The notes beneath the pieces were generated by a model. It was not told where the DNA came from and made no database searches. It saw only the letters and a program-made list of their open reading frames with translations. Position numbers and translations under genes: made by a program. Shown one piece after another: positions 30,408-40,475 of a DNA stretch of 64,000 nt. The DNA comes from Calditrichales bacterium (GTDB lineage: Bacteria; Calditrichota; Calditrichia; Calditrichales; J004), in assembly GCA_965267575.1 (NCBI GenBank), contig OZ254086.1:3963818-4027817 (forward strand), written 5' to 3'. How positions within the stretch are numbered: position 1 is the first letter of the stretch; each line of letters opens with the position of its first letter.

Positions 30408-30826
30408 TATTGCTCCTTTTTATTCAATTCTTTAACAAGTGCCTTGATGCCGCCCTGAACAGCAAATGCGTTAAATCCTGCGTTACGCAGAATCTTTACG
30501 GCCACATCGCTGCGACGCGGCAGGTTGCTGTAGACAATGGTAGGTATTTCCTTGTCAAAGCTGAGCGTATCTGCGGCGTCGGGCAGTTTTTCCAAAGGAA
30601 TGCGGTATTCACCGGAAAAAACGGTCTTTTTAAAATCGGATGTCGTTTCCGGCCGCACATCCAGGTATTGAAGTTCTCCGCCCTGGCTGATGATTTCAGC
30701 CACCTTGGATGCAGTCAAACCCGGTGCCTCCGCCCCGGCCAGGTTATCCTGTACATAGAAATAGACAAAGACGCTTACCATTGCCATCGCAGCAAAAACC
30801 AACAAGACTTTTAAATTATTTTTCAT
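30407..30826 (-). CDS. Exported or membrane-anchored rhodanese-homology domain protein lacking the catalytic cysteine
   Basis: 139 aa with an N-terminal hydrophobic segment and LQYLDVRPE. The active-site loop position reads IVYSNLPRRSDVA, with Ser where rhodaneses carry Cys. The mature part contains no Cys. Confidence 0.7.
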   Translation of the reverse strand: MKNNLKVLLVFAAMAMVSVFVYFYVQDNLAGAEAPGLTASKVAEIISQGGELQYLDVRPETTSDFKKTVFSGEYRIPLEKLPDAADTLSFDKEIPTIVYSNLPRRSDVAVKILRNAGFNAFAVQGGIKALVKELNKKEQ

Positions 30827-30926
30827 GCCAACCTTTCTCAGCAGAATATTTGGATGTTTGACCGGAGGAAACGTAACAAAACGCTAAAATAATCACTCTT
30901 GTTAAAATAATAAAGCAGGCAAAGGC

Positions 30927-33623
30927 TTAGTTTGTTACAGAGGTGTTCAAATAAAGATGAAGCTTTTCCGATAATTCTTCATTGTTGACGGGCTTGGCCA
31001 GGTAATCATTCATGCCCGCTTTAATATACTTTTCCCTGTCGCCTTTCATGGCATTCGCGGTAAGGGCCACTATCGGAATATCACGCTTGGCGTGGTCGCT
31101 TATTTTGCGGATTGCTTTGGTCGTCTCAATGCCATCCATTTCAGGCATCTGTATATCCATAAGGATCAGATCGAAGTCTTCCTGTTCAAATATTTCCAGT
31201 GCTTTCACGCCGTTTTCGGCAAGCGTAACTTCAAGTCCTTTTTTTTCCAACAGTCTTCGTGCCACTTTCTGATTTATCGGGTTGTCTTCTACAACGAGCA
31301 CGCGCTGACTGGAAAAACTACTCTTTGGAGCGCCGTTTCCATTTGCGGCAACAGAGGGTACCACCACTACTTTGAACGACATGTCCAGCGTAAAACGAGA
31401 ACCTTTGCCCGGCTCGCTTTCCACGTGAATGCTTCCCCCCATCAGCTCGGATAATTTTTTGCTGATTGTCAGCCCCAGGCCGCTGCCGCCAAATCGCCTC
31501 GTCATGGAGTTATCGGCCTGTGCAAAGCTTTCAAATATGCGTTCGATATTTTCAGGCGAGATGCCCAAACCGCTGTCAACCACATCAAAGCGCATGAAAA
31601 CGCGGCTTTGGTCCAATTGCCGGGCGTTAACCTGCAGCTTAACAAATCCATTCTCCGTGAACTTGATGGCGTTGGAAAGCAGGTTCAGTAAAACCTGCTG
31701 CAGTCTGCCGGGGTCACCCAGGACTTTTCTCGGTACATCCCCGGAAAAGTCATATTCAAAGTTAAGTCCCTTTTCTTCGGCCTTGTATTGCAGCATGGAT
31801 GCCGTTTCCTTAACCACTTCCCGCACATCAAATTCGATCTGCTCTATTTCCAGCTTGCCGACTTCAACCTTGGAATAATCGAGGATGTCGTTAATCAATC
31901 CTAACAGGGATTCAGCGCTAATTCTTACCGTCTCCGCATATTCCTTTTGTTCCGGGCTCAGGTCTGTCATCAGCATCAGCCGGTTCATGCCAATTACACC
32001 GTTAAGCGGTGTACGGATCTCGTGACTCATGTTGGCCAGAAACTGGCTTTTCGCTTCACTGGCAGCCTCTGCTTTGGCCCGCGCCTGTTCCAGCTCTTTC
32101 ACGGTTTTGGCAAGCTTCGACGTTTGTTTTTCCAACTGCCGCTGATTCTCTTCCATGCCGGATGCGTATTCACGCAGCTTTTGCTGGGCTTCCATCCGCT
32201 TAATGGCACCGCCAATGGCATTAGCCACCATAGATAAAATCGACTGATCGTTGGCTGCCCATATCCGTTCTTCCTTGCAGTCTTCAAAAGCCAGGTATCC
32301 CCAGTAGCGGTTATCCACAAAAACCGGCAGCAGCAAAACCGATTTTATGTTGTTAGCAACCAGAAAGTCCCTCTCAGTATCGTCAAACACCGAAACACTG
32401 CCGGCAACGTATCTGCCGCCGGAGAGGTTTTCATGCCAGTGCTGTAAACCCAGGTCCGCAAAAGCGTTTTTCAGGATAACCCCGGAACGCGTTTGCGCCG
32501 ATGGCTGCCCCTGATCCCAGCGGTAGTGCAGACGCAGCCTGGTTTCATCCTTTTTCCTGATTTCTACGCTTTCAAAGACAAAGACCCGGTCAACGCCGAT
32601 ATTTTTCCCAAGGTAGGCCAAAGATTCGCAGATGCCCTGGTTCAGGTCGGCTACGGTAAGCAGCATGTGGATTGTTTGGGCGGAGAAACTCACCATATCC
32701 GTATGCCGCCGGGCCACCTTTTCTGCTTTTTTTCGCTCAGTGATATTTTTTTGCACGCAGGCGTAGCACACAGGACGCCCGCTATCGGGATGCTGAATCG
32801 TGAATAACGTCATATCAACCGGGATTTCACGCCCGTCTTTTATAGAAATCAACGCACCTTCCGCGTGCCAGGTTTTATTTTGTTTTAGCCGCGGTATTGC
32901 TTCGCTTTTAAACTTTTCGGCCGACTCTTTGTCCTGCAAATCAAAAATGGAATAGTTGGACAAATCCAGGTTATCCTCCAAGCCTATCAGTTCACGACCC
33001 GCTTTGTTTATATAAAACGGCCTGTAATCCAAAGTGGCCATCCCGATAAAATCACTGTTGTGCTCAACAAGGGCGATGAATTTATTGATGGCGCCCATCA
33101 CCTGTTCTTTAGAATACAGATTTATGTAATAAGGCAGCGAGATTAATACCAGGCAGGAAATCAGAAGCCGTATATGAGAAGTGTTTTCGTATTCCAGTAA
33201 AAAGGCGCCGGGAATTAATAAAGCAATCGAAATTATGCTGTATAGTTTGAATGTGCGGGAATCGTTAAAGCCAACAAACATTGCCGCAAAGGTTGCCAGA
33301 AAACCAAACAGATAGGCGTAATGGAAATCGTTCTGATAAACCAGAAAAGCAAACCAGGAGATAATTAAAAACAGAAACCCTTTGGTGAGAGCAATAAACC
33401 TGGTTTTAACCGGTTTCCAAAATGAAAGCCCGTATAGAGCAAACCATAACAATGAGATCAGTGTCCGCAGCCAAAAGGGGTCATGAAAATTTTGGACCAA
33501 AAGCTTAAGAATCGGCCAAAAGCTTAAAGTTAAAATACCGCCGGCAAAGGTAAGCCAGCGATAAAGACGGATTTCACTTTCCCGAAAACGCGAAAAAGGG
33601 TTATAAAGCTGGTCAGAAGTCAT
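30927..33623 (-). CDS. Hybrid sensor histidine kinase (multi-TM N-terminus, PAS, GAF, HisKA, HATPase_c, REC)
   Basis: 898 aa. About 6-7 N-terminal TM helices precede the H-box [36 protein letters not shown] and a C-terminal receiver ([11 protein letters not shown]...[14 protein letters not shown]). Confidence 0.9.
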   Translation of the reverse strand: MTSDQLYNPFSRFRESEIRLYRWLTFAGGILTLSFWPILKLLVQNFHDPFWLRTLISLLWFALYGLSFWKPVKTRFIALTKGFLFLIISWFAFLVYQNDFHYAYLFGFLATFAAMFVGFNDSRTFKLYSIISIALLIPGAFLLEYENTSHIRLLISCLVLISLPYYINLYSKEQVMGAINKFIALVEHNSDFIGMATLDYRPFYINKAGRELIGLEDNLDLSNYSIFDLQDKESAEKFKSEAIPRLKQNKTWHAEGALISIKDGREIPVDMTLFTIQHPDSGRPVCYACVQKNITERKKAEKVARRHTDMVSFSAQTIHMLLTVADLNQGICESLAYLGKNIGVDRVFVFESVEIRKKDETRLRLHYRWDQGQPSAQTRSGVILKNAFADLGLQHWHENLSGGRYVAGSVSVFDDTERDFLVANNIKSVLLLPVFVDNRYWGYLAFEDCKEERIWAANDQSILSMVANAIGGAIKRMEAQQKLREYASGMEENQRQLEKQTSKLAKTVKELEQARAKAEAASEAKSQFLANMSHEIRTPLNGVIGMNRLMLMTDLSPEQKEYAETVRISAESLLGLINDILDYSKVEVGKLEIEQIEFDVREVVKETASMLQYKAEEKGLNFEYDFSGDVPRKVLGDPGRLQQVLLNLLSNAIKFTENGFVKLQVNARQLDQSRVFMRFDVVDSGLGISPENIERIFESFAQADNSMTRRFGGSGLGLTISKKLSELMGGSIHVESEPGKGSRFTLDMSFKVVVVPSVAANGNGAPKSSFSSQRVLVVEDNPINQKVARRLLEKKGLEVTLAENGVKALEIFEQEDFDLILMDIQMPEMDGIETTKAIRKISDHAKRDIPIVALTANAMKGDREKYIKAGMNDYLAKPVNNEELSEKLHLYLNTSVTN

Positions 33624-33706
33624 TAATCTGGATATTTTGTTTGATAGACTAAGGCTACAATCGGCTTTCTGACCGCCAAATTAACCCGCAGAATTTTTTT
33701 TGACTA

Positions 33707-36331
33707 TTATTCAGACACTGCTTTGTGCGTTACCGAAATACCATCCCGACCTAAATCTATTTTAACATGGTAGCCTTCATTGACGTTGCCGGCGATCAGC
33801 TCTTTCGCGATTTCATCGATAACCTGCTTTTGAATAAGGCGTTTCAAAGGTCGCGCACCGAACTCCGGCTGGTAACCGTTTTCCATCAGGTAATCAACAG
33901 CCTTGTCGCTGATCTCCGCGGAAATACGGCGGTTTTGCAGCACTCCCGTAAAACTGCTGAACTGCAGCCGCACAATCTCACGCAGGTTCTCTTTAGAAAG
34001 CGGATGAAACACGATCACATCATCGATGCGGTTTAAAAATTCCGGCCGCAGCGATTGTTTTAAAACCTGCATAACGTTGGACCGGATATCGTCGTAAGCT
34101 TTCTCGGTGTCGCTGTCGCCCGAAGCCTCTGTGCGGCTGCGGATGTATTCAGAACCCAGGTTTGAGGTCATTATAATAATAGTGTTTTTAAAGCTGACCG
34201 TACGGCCTTTGTTGTCCGTCAGCCGGCCTTCATCCAGCACCTGCAGCAACAGGTTAAAAACCTCGGGATGGGCTTTTTCTATCTCGTCCAGCAGCACCAC
34301 GGAATAGGGCTTACGACGGACAGCTTCGGTAAGCTGACCGCCCTCTTCATAGCCGACGTAGCCCGGCGGCGAGCCAATCAACCTGGAAACCGAATGGCGT
34401 TCCATGTACTCGGACATATCGATGCGCACCATGTTGGATTCATCATCAAACAGAAATTCGGCCAGTGCCCGGGCCAGCTCCGTTTTGCCCACACCGGTGG
34501 AACCCAGGAAAATAAAACTGCCCAGCGGCTTGGTCTCATCGGCCAAACCGGCACGCGACCGGCGGATGGCGTTGGAGACCGCGTCGATAGCTTCCGGCTG
34601 GCCGATAACACGTTGCGCCAGGCGCATTTCCATTTGCAGCAGCTTCTCCTTTTCGCTCTCCAGCATCTTTTTTACCGGAATGCCTGTCCAGCGTGAAATA
34701 ATGTCGGCAATATCTTCATCTTCCACGTCTTCCTTGAGCATCTTGTGATCTTTCTGGACCTCCTTCAGCTTTTCCTGGTTCTTTTGCAGCTCTTTTTGCG
34801 TATTGGGGATTGTGGCATAACGCAACTCGGCCACTTTGTCGAGCTGACCTTCGCGTTCGTAGCGGTCCATGTCACTCTTTAGCTGGTCCAGATTCGTTTT
34901 AAGATTGTTTATTTGCGTAATCACGTCGCGTTCGCTTTTCCACTGCAGCTGCAATTCGTTGGAGCGGTCCTTCAGGTTGGCCAGCTCTTTTCTTACGCTT
35001 TCCAGCCGCTCTTTGGATTTGCTGTCTTTTTCTTTCTTCAACGCTACCGTCTCGATCTCCAGTTGCTTGATGCGCCGCGTAACGTCATCCAATTCCTCGG
35101 GCATGGAGTTGATCTCGATACGCAGCCGTGATGCCGCCTCATCGATCAGGTCAATAGCCTTATCCGGCAAAAAACGGTCGCTGATATAACGGTGCGAGAG
35201 CACAGCGGCGGAAACGATCGCCGCATCGGTAATGCGTACCCCATGGTGGATCTCATATTTTTCCTTCAGGCCGCGCAAAATGGAGATGGTATCCTCTACG
35301 GTGGGTTCATCCACCAATACCGGCTGAAAGCGCCTTTCCAGGGCCGCATCCTTTTCGATATGCTTGCGGTACTCGTCCAGCGTGGTGGCGCCTATAGCAT
35401 GCAGTTCACCCCGCGCCAATGCCGGTTTCAGCATATTGGAGGCATCCATTGCGCCCTCCGCCGCACCGGCTCCAACCAGGGTGTGCATCTCATCAATAAA
35501 CAGAATGATCTTTCCTTCGGCTGAAGTCACTTCTTTTAAAACAGCTTTCAGGCGTTCCTCAAATTCACCGCGGAATTTGGCTCCGGCTATCAGCGCGCCC
35601 ATGTCCAGCGCAACAACGCGCTTGTCCTTAAGATTATCCGGTATGTCGCCGTTTACAATACGATGGGCAATGCCCTCTACAACAGCGGTTTTACCCACAC
35701 CGGGTTCTCCGATTAATACGGGATTGTTTTTTGTACGACGCGACAGCACTTGCAACACGCGGCGTATCTCCTCATCGCGCCCGATCACCGGATCGAGCTT
35801 ACCTTTGCGTGCTAAGACTGTCAGATCGCGGCCGTATTTTTCAAGGGCCTGATACGTGGTTTCAGGGTTCTGGCTGGTAACGCGCTGATTGCCGCGAATA
35901 TCGCGCAACACATTGAGAATACTGTTCTTACTGATACGGTTTTCCTGCAGCAGACGCCCTGCCCGCCCTTCGGCGTTTTCGGCCAGGCCAATCAGCAGGT
36001 GTTCGGTGCTGACGTATTCATCCTTCAGAGCCTCGGCTTCTTTTTCCGCCTCACCGATGATGTCATTGGTGCTGCGGCCGAGATAGACCTGGCCCTGGTT
36101 ACCGCCGTGAACGCGCGGCAACTGGGTAATCAGCTGGTTTACCTTGCTGGCAAAAGCTTCAACCTGCACGGCGTTCTTTTTGAGGATAGCCGCCACGACA
36201 CCGTCTTTATCAACAAGCAGGCCATGCAGAAGGTGTTCAGGTTCAATGGTTTGGTTTTCGTTTTGGCGGGCAATGCGCATGGCTTCATTTAAAGCCTCCT
36301 GCGCTTTCACCGTCATTTTCTCAATATTCAT
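33707..36331 (-). CDS. clpB: ATP-dependent chaperone/disaggregase ClpB
   Basis: Two AAA+ modules ([13 protein letters not shown] and [13 protein letters not shown]) flank a long coiled-coil middle domain. I moved the start to the ATG at 36331 (MNIEKMT...), which is preceded by GGAGGG with a 7-nt spacer. Confidence 0.95.
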   Translation of the reverse strand: MNIEKMTVKAQEALNEAMRIARQNENQTIEPEHLLHGLLVDKDGVVAAILKKNAVQVEAFASKVNQLITQLPRVHGGNQGQVYLGRSTNDIIGEAEKEAEALKDEYVSTEHLLIGLAENAEGRAGRLLQENRISKNSILNVLRDIRGNQRVTSQNPETTYQALEKYGRDLTVLARKGKLDPVIGRDEEIRRVLQVLSRRTKNNPVLIGEPGVGKTAVVEGIAHRIVNGDIPDNLKDKRVVALDMGALIAGAKFRGEFEERLKAVLKEVTSAEGKIILFIDEMHTLVGAGAAEGAMDASNMLKPALARGELHAIGATTLDEYRKHIEKDAALERRFQPVLVDEPTVEDTISILRGLKEKYEIHHGVRITDAAIVSAAVLSHRYISDRFLPDKAIDLIDEAASRLRIEINSMPEELDDVTRRIKQLEIETVALKKEKDSKSKERLESVRKELANLKDRSNELQLQWKSERDVITQINNLKTNLDQLKSDMDRYEREGQLDKVAELRYATIPNTQKELQKNQEKLKEVQKDHKMLKEDVEDEDIADIISRWTGIPVKKMLESEKEKLLQMEMRLAQRVIGQPEAIDAVSNAIRRSRAGLADETKPLGSFIFLGSTGVGKTELARALAEFLFDDESNMVRIDMSEYMERHSVSRLIGSPPGYVGYEEGGQLTEAVRRKPYSVVLLDEIEKAHPEVFNLLLQVLDEGRLTDNKGRTVSFKNTIIIMTSNLGSEYIRSRTEASGDSDTEKAYDDIRSNVMQVLKQSLRPEFLNRIDDVIVFHPLSKENLREIVRLQFSSFTGVLQNRRISAEISDKAVDYLMENGYQPEFGARPLKRLIQKQVIDEIAKELIAGNVNEGYHVKIDLGRDGISVTHKAVSE

Positions 36332-36392
36332 ATAATATCCCTCCAACAATTTCATACCGGTCCGTTCACCGGCGTTTTTGGGCTAATGATAT

Positions 36393-36410
36393 ATCAAAAA
36401 TAATGCCACC
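36393..36410 (-). promoter_or_regulatory. Candidate sigma-54-like -24/-12 element upstream of clpB
   Basis: The minus strand reads GGTGGCATTATTTTTGAT (TGGCAT-N5-TTGA, against the consensus TGGCAC-N5-TTGC), about 60 nt upstream of the ATG at 36331. It is followed directly by the perfect palindrome TGATATATCA (36387-36396). Confidence 0.3.
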
Positions 36411-36514
36411 AAGGCATATACGCCAACATGACAGAGGCAAAGCTCCTTCGTCGACTGAGACTCTGTTTTATGGGGTTTTATAGCGGACTAGGCGAGACAT
36501 GTAGGCAGGGAGTT

Positions 36515-36721
36515 TCAGGAGGATTGTTTTTTGTTTTCACCCTTGTTTTTGTCTTCGTCCTTGTTCTTCTCATCTTCCTGCTGATCGGCTTCTTCCACGC
36601 CTTTCTTAAACTGCTTTACACTGGAACCCAGACTACGGGCAAGCTCGGGTAGTCTCTTAGCGCCAAACAACAGTACAACGATAAAGGCAATTATAAGGAT
36701 TTCAGTCCATCCAAAATTCAT
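36515..36721 (-). CDS. tatA: Twin-arginine translocase subunit TatA/E
   Basis: 68 aa reading MNFGWTEILIIAFIVVLLFGAKRLPELARSLGSSVKQFKKG, then an acidic/lysine-rich tail. Confidence 0.9.
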   Translation of the reverse strand: MNFGWTEILIIAFIVVLLFGAKRLPELARSLGSSVKQFKKGVEEADQQEDEKNKDEDKNKGENKKQSS

Positions 36722-36918
36722 AATCTTCCCCTGGTATTATCCAAATTTTACCACAATTTACAATTTTGCCGGTAATAAACATAACCAAATTGCAGCAGAG
36801 ATTTTTATGATCCGTTCACGGTGGAATTGAGGCGGGCAACGTCGCGAAATGTCGCTTTACATCATCTGCATTTTACAGTAATTCAATAATCCATAATTTC
36901 AAATAATTCTAATGATTC

Positions 36919-36943
36919 AAAAAAAGCCCGGCATTCACCGGGC
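36919..36943 (-). terminator. Rho-independent terminator of hsp20
   Basis: On the minus strand, the GCCCGG / CCGGGC stem (36938-36943 with 36926-36931) and a 6-nt loop are followed by T7 (36919-36925). It starts 15 nt after the hsp20 stop. Confidence 0.7.
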
Positions 36944-36958
36944 TCTAAATTCTGCTGT

Positions 36959-37393
36959 CTATTTTATATTCACTTCAACGCCGGGTTCTTTTACTTCTTC
37001 CTCCTTGGCGATGGTAACAGTGAGCAGGCCGTTTTCAAGGGCCGCTTCTATGCTCTCGCTTTTCACTTCATGCGGCAGGTCAATGGCACGGGCGATTTTG
37101 CCAAAGCTGCGATCGTTTTTAACGTAAACGGCATTTTCGCGCTCTTCCTTTTTGTTGGCAGCTATGTACAGCCTGCCATCACGGAAAGTCACTTTTACAT
37201 CCTCCTTGGGGATGCCCGGAAGCTCGACGCGAACAACAAAATTGCCGGGATTCTCCTCGATACTCAGCGACGGCGATACTTCGCCCTGGTCCAGATCGTC
37301 GGCGTCACCAAAAAATTCTTCAAACAAACGGTCCAGATCATTTTTCAGATGGACTATTCTGCGCCGGGGGCCGGCAAAGTGTACAAAAGCCAT
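36959..37393 (-). CDS. Small heat-shock protein (Hsp20/alpha-crystallin family)
   Basis: 144 aa. The alpha-crystallin domain reads ELPGIPKEDVKVTFRDGRLYIAA...GLLTVTIAK. Confidence 0.9.
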   Translation of the reverse strand: MAFVHFAGPRRRIVHLKNDLDRLFEEFFGDADDLDQGEVSPSLSIEENPGNFVVRVELPGIPKEDVKVTFRDGRLYIAANKKEERENAVYVKNDRSFGKIARAIDLPHEVKSESIEAALENGLLTVTIAKEEEVKEPGVEVNIK

Positions 37394-37433
37394 TTTTCCT
37401 CCTTCGGGTTATTATGAATCGTGTATTAATACG

Positions 37434-37450
37434 ATCAAGCCCCGTGCCAG
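37434..37450 (-). promoter_or_regulatory. Candidate sigma-54-like -24/-12 element (or sigma-70 -35) upstream of hsp20
   Basis: The minus strand reads CTGGCACGGGGCTTGAT (TGGCAC-N5-TTGA), about 45 nt upstream of the ATG. It is followed by the perfect palindrome GTATTAATAC (37423-37432). Alternative reading: TTGATC-N16-CATAAT as a sigma-70 promoter. Confidence 0.3.
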
Positions 37451-37511
37451 TGTTCCTGCTTTGCCATTTGGACAGAAGCCAAACTCGCTGTCGCGTCAAA
37501 CTGTCCCGTTT

Positions 37512-38855
37512 TTATGCGCTTTTGTCCAGCAGGCCCGATATGTGGCGCAGATGATGCAGCTTTACGGAAGATGGTACACGGATATCGGAAGGAGGCAGGA
37601 CAATATGCTTGATGCCCAGCTTGGAGGCTTCGTTTACGCGCTCAGCCATCTGCCCCACACTTTTGATTTCGCCGTTCAGCCCCACTTCTCCGATAAAGAG
37701 CGTACGCGCGGGACGGCGGTTATCGTCCATCGCCGAGATCAAGGCCATGCAGATGCCAAGGTCGGCGGCGGGGTCATCCAGCTTAAGACCGCCGGCAACC
37801 TTCAGGAAAACGTCGTGAAAGCCGAAGTTGCGCCCCGCTTTTTTGTCCAGTACAGCCAAAATCAAGTTCACCCGGCGCTGATCGAGACCGCTGGAAACGC
37901 GCTGCGGCATGCCGAACTGTGTCTTGCTTACCAGCGCCTGCACCTCCACCAGGAAAATGCGGTTGCCCTCGCGCACGCTGACGATGCCCGTGCCCGGCTG
38001 TGCTTCACCGCTCATGTCCAGGAAAAACTCGCTTGGATTACTGACAGCGCTCAGGCCGTCGCTCTCCATGCGGAACAGGCCGATCTCATTAACGGCGCCA
38101 AAGCGATTCTTGGTACTGCGCAGGACGCGATATTGCAGGTAATCATCGCCTTCAAAGTAGACGACCGTATCAACCAAATGCTCCAACATGCGCGGCCCGG
38201 CGATGGCGCCGTCCTTGGTCACATGCCCGATCAGGAAAACGGCGATGCCCTTGTCTTTGGCCAGGCGCGTCAGGCGGGCGGTACAGTAGCGCAGCTGGCT
38301 GCTGTTGCCCGGAATGCCGTCCACGTCTTCGGATGCCATGGTCTGGATCGAATCTATGATCAGGATAACCGGCGGATCATTTTCGCAGGCAGAGACCACA
38401 TTTTCCAGACCGGTTTCATTGAGAAAGAAAATATGCTTGTTATCGATGCCCAGCCTTTTGGCGCGCTGGCGCACCTGCCGGAAGGATTCTTCACCCGAGA
38501 CATAAAGCAATCGGCCCGGCGCCTGCATTTTTTGCAGCATCTGCAGCATAAGCGTGGATTTGCCGATACCGGGATCGCCGCCGACCATGGTTACGCCGCC
38601 CGGAACAATGCCGCCGCCCAGCACGCGGTCCAGTTCGCTGATCTCCGTGGATAAGCGTTCTTCGGCTCCGTCGTCCGCGTCGCTCATCAGCGATTGTATT
38701 TTACTTGTGGTTACTTTTGCGCCAGGGCGGTTTTTTACCAGCGTCTCTTCGTTAAAACTGTCCCATTCGCCGCATTCCGGGCACTTGCCCAGCCAACGCA
38801 GGGATTGATAACCGCAGTTTTTGCAGGCGAAAACAATGCGTTCTTTTTTTGCCAT
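37512..38855 (-). CDS. radA: DNA repair protein RadA/Sms
   Basis: 447 aa. It has the zinc finger CKNCGYQSLRWLGKCPECGEW, Walker A GDPGIGKST, the KNRFG motif and a C-terminal Lon-like domain. Confidence 0.95.
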   Translation of the reverse strand: MAKKERIVFACKNCGYQSLRWLGKCPECGEWDSFNEETLVKNRPGAKVTTSKIQSLMSDADDGAEERLSTEISELDRVLGGGIVPGGVTMVGGDPGIGKSTLMLQMLQKMQAPGRLLYVSGEESFRQVRQRAKRLGIDNKHIFFLNETGLENVVSACENDPPVILIIDSIQTMASEDVDGIPGNSSQLRYCTARLTRLAKDKGIAVFLIGHVTKDGAIAGPRMLEHLVDTVVYFEGDDYLQYRVLRSTKNRFGAVNEIGLFRMESDGLSAVSNPSEFFLDMSGEAQPGTGIVSVREGNRIFLVEVQALVSKTQFGMPQRVSSGLDQRRVNLILAVLDKKAGRNFGFHDVFLKVAGGLKLDDPAADLGICMALISAMDDNRRPARTLFIGEVGLNGEIKSVGQMAERVNEASKLGIKHIVLPPSDIRVPSSVKLHHLRHISGLLDKSA

Positions 38856-38935
38856 ATATGGCTAATAATCCTTTAACTTAGTTTCATTAAATTAAGGCAT
38901 AACAAAACAAGATTCATCCATCTGAAAGGAATTGT

Positions 38936-40297
38936 ATGCGTTTTATCGCGATTGTGCTATTACCGTTGATGCTTTTTGCCCGGGATATTTACGTCAGCGC
39001 CCTAAACGGCAATGACGCGGGCGACGGTACCCGGCAGCAGCCCTTTAAAAGCCTGGCCGTAGCCGTAAACGAAGCTCGTGATCCCGGCGATACGGTCATC
39101 CTGCTGGACGGCCCTTTCGACCGTCCATTAAAAACCTACCACAGCGGCACCCGTGAGAAACCGATCACCATCCGGGCCGCGGAAAACGCGCCTGTGGAGA
39201 TTGTTTATGCCGAACGCGCGCTGCATGTGCGCAATAGCCACATTGTCGTTGAAGGACTGATCTTTGACGGCGGCACATACCCCGACGGGGTTCTCGCCAC
39301 CATCGACGGCAACAACGTTACCCTGCGCGATTGCGAAATCCGCAACGGCAACCGCGACCTGCTGACCATCGGTGATGTGCGTGATATAACCATCGAGAAT
39401 TGCCTGATACATCATGGCTTAAGCTGGCACAGAACCACGCGCAAGGAGCCCCACGGCATCAGCACGCGCGGCGTAAAAGGCCTGAAAGTGATCAACACAT
39501 CCATTTACCAGATCACCGGCGACTGCATCCAGATCTCCCCTTCCCGCGCCGACTGGGATGATATCGAGCTGCGTGATTGTACTTTCTGGGTGACGCCGTT
39601 GACCGAAGCTGAAGTGGATCGCGCGCGCCTGCCTTCCTATGCCGTGGGCAGTGTTCAGGCGGAAAACGCGCTGGACCTTAAATCGGATGACGAAGACCTG
39701 CCCACCGAGCACAAGATCCGTATCATCAACTGTACCGCTTACGGCTTTCGCTCCACGCGTATCAATAATGCTGCCGCCTTCAACATCAAAAACCCGTCGC
39801 TCGCTTTTATCGATGGCTGCACGGTTTACGACAGTGAAATCGCCTTCCGCCTGCGCGCTCCTTCTGAGGTGACACTGCAAAACTCCGTCATTTACGATTG
39901 CGATTACGGTGTGCGTTATGAAGACGGCATGGATAAACTCCATCTTTTTCAGAACACGTTTGGCCTGGGAATTAAAGAAAGGGCCCTGCGTGAGGTAGGT
40001 TCAACACCACGCGACTTCCAGGCCTTCAATAATCTTTTTGTGGATGAGAGGCTGCCCGGGGAGCTGGACGACGATATGCTTCTGAGGGCCCATAACCGCG
40101 CCGTTTCGCCGGCTGATGTATCCTCCTGGTTTATCAACGCGCCGGCACATAATTACCAGCCGGTGCCCACTTCCCCCGCCATTGACGGCGGCATGGACCT
40201 GTCGGCCAAGGGGGTAATAAATGATATTGACGGCAACCCGCGTCCTGCCGGCCAGGGATACGATTTTGGAGCATGGGAAGTTCAGCCGGAAGAGTAA
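38936..40297 (+). CDS. Secreted right-handed parallel beta-helix repeat protein (DUF1565/pectate-lyase-fold)
   Basis: 453 aa. An N-terminal signal (MRFIAIVLLPLMLFA) is followed by IYVSALNGNDAGDGTRQQPFKSLAVAVNEA and repeated 'N..i..c.i' turns. AAAGGA sits upstream of the ATG. Confidence 0.7.
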   Translation: MRFIAIVLLPLMLFARDIYVSALNGNDAGDGTRQQPFKSLAVAVNEARDPGDTVILLDGPFDRPLKTYHSGTREKPITIRAAENAPVEIVYAERALHVRNSHIVVEGLIFDGGTYPDGVLATIDGNNVTLRDCEIRNGNRDLLTIGDVRDITIENCLIHHGLSWHRTTRKEPHGISTRGVKGLKVINTSIYQITGDCIQISPSRADWDDIELRDCTFWVTPLTEAEVDRARLPSYAVGSVQAENALDLKSDDEDLPTEHKIRIINCTAYGFRSTRINNAAAFNIKNPSLAFIDGCTVYDSEIAFRLRAPSEVTLQNSVIYDCDYGVRYEDGMDKLHLFQNTFGLGIKERALREVGSTPRDFQAFNNLFVDERLPGELDDDMLLRAHNRAVSPADVSSWFINAPAHNYQPVPTSPAIDGGMDLSAKGVINDIDGNPRPAGQGYDFGAWEVQPEE

Positions 40298-40335
40298 TTT
40301 CAGAGGTTTGTCCCAAAACCGGCGTTGTTCAGTGG

Positions 40336-40355
40336 ATTCCTGCCTGCGCAGGAAT
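40336..40355. repeat. Short GC-rich hairpin of the AGGAATGAC type (REP-like)
   Basis: ATTCCTGC-CTGC-GCAGGAAT forms an 8-bp stem with a 4-nt loop. Translated on the minus strand it gives MSFLRRQES, which I recall as a recurrent artefactual peptide from such repeats (from memory). Confidence 0.45.
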
Positions 40356-40375
40356 GACATTATAAGCTGCGCCGC

Positions 40376-40440
40376 CGGTCTCCGTTGCAGGATGAGCACG
40401 TACATGGTAACGGAGATAAGCGCCAGCGGTCTCCGTTACC
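40376..40440. repeat. Three-arm repeat capable of alternative hairpins
   Basis: TCTCCGTT at 40379-40386, its complement GGTAACGGAGA at 40406-40416, and TCTCCGTTACC at 40430-40440. The middle arm can pair with either the left arm (8 bp) or the right arm (11 bp). Confidence 0.5.
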
Positions 40441-40475
40441 GGGACATGCATAACCTTTGTTTTAAAATTCACAAC

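Noticed and set aside
36515-36600. Repetitive KNKDEDKNKGENKK tail of TatA, considered as a DNA tandem repeat
   Set aside because: This is a short low-complexity coding stretch. It has no exact multi-copy DNA unit, and charged tails are common in TatA proteins.
36428-36652. 74-aa very hydrophobic plus-strand ORF (..FFVFTLVFVFVLVLLIFLLIGFF..)
   Set aside because: It is the antisense of the lysine/glutamate-rich tail and TM of tatA. The hydrophobicity is a complement artefact of AAG/GAA-rich coding sequence.
37152-38654. 500-aa plus-strand ORF with no stop for 1.5 kb
   Set aside because: It lies entirely antisense to radA, whose zinc finger, Walker A and KNRFG motifs are unambiguous. The translation is Ala/Arg/Gln/His-rich and contains no motif I recognise. 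This is a typical shadow ORF of a GC-rich third-position gene.
40001-40405. 134-aa minus-strand ORF containing MSFLRRQES
   Set aside because: The peptide arises from translating the AGGAATGAC-type hairpin repeat and the antisense 3' end of the beta-helix gene. There is no start context. I treat it as a repeat artefact.
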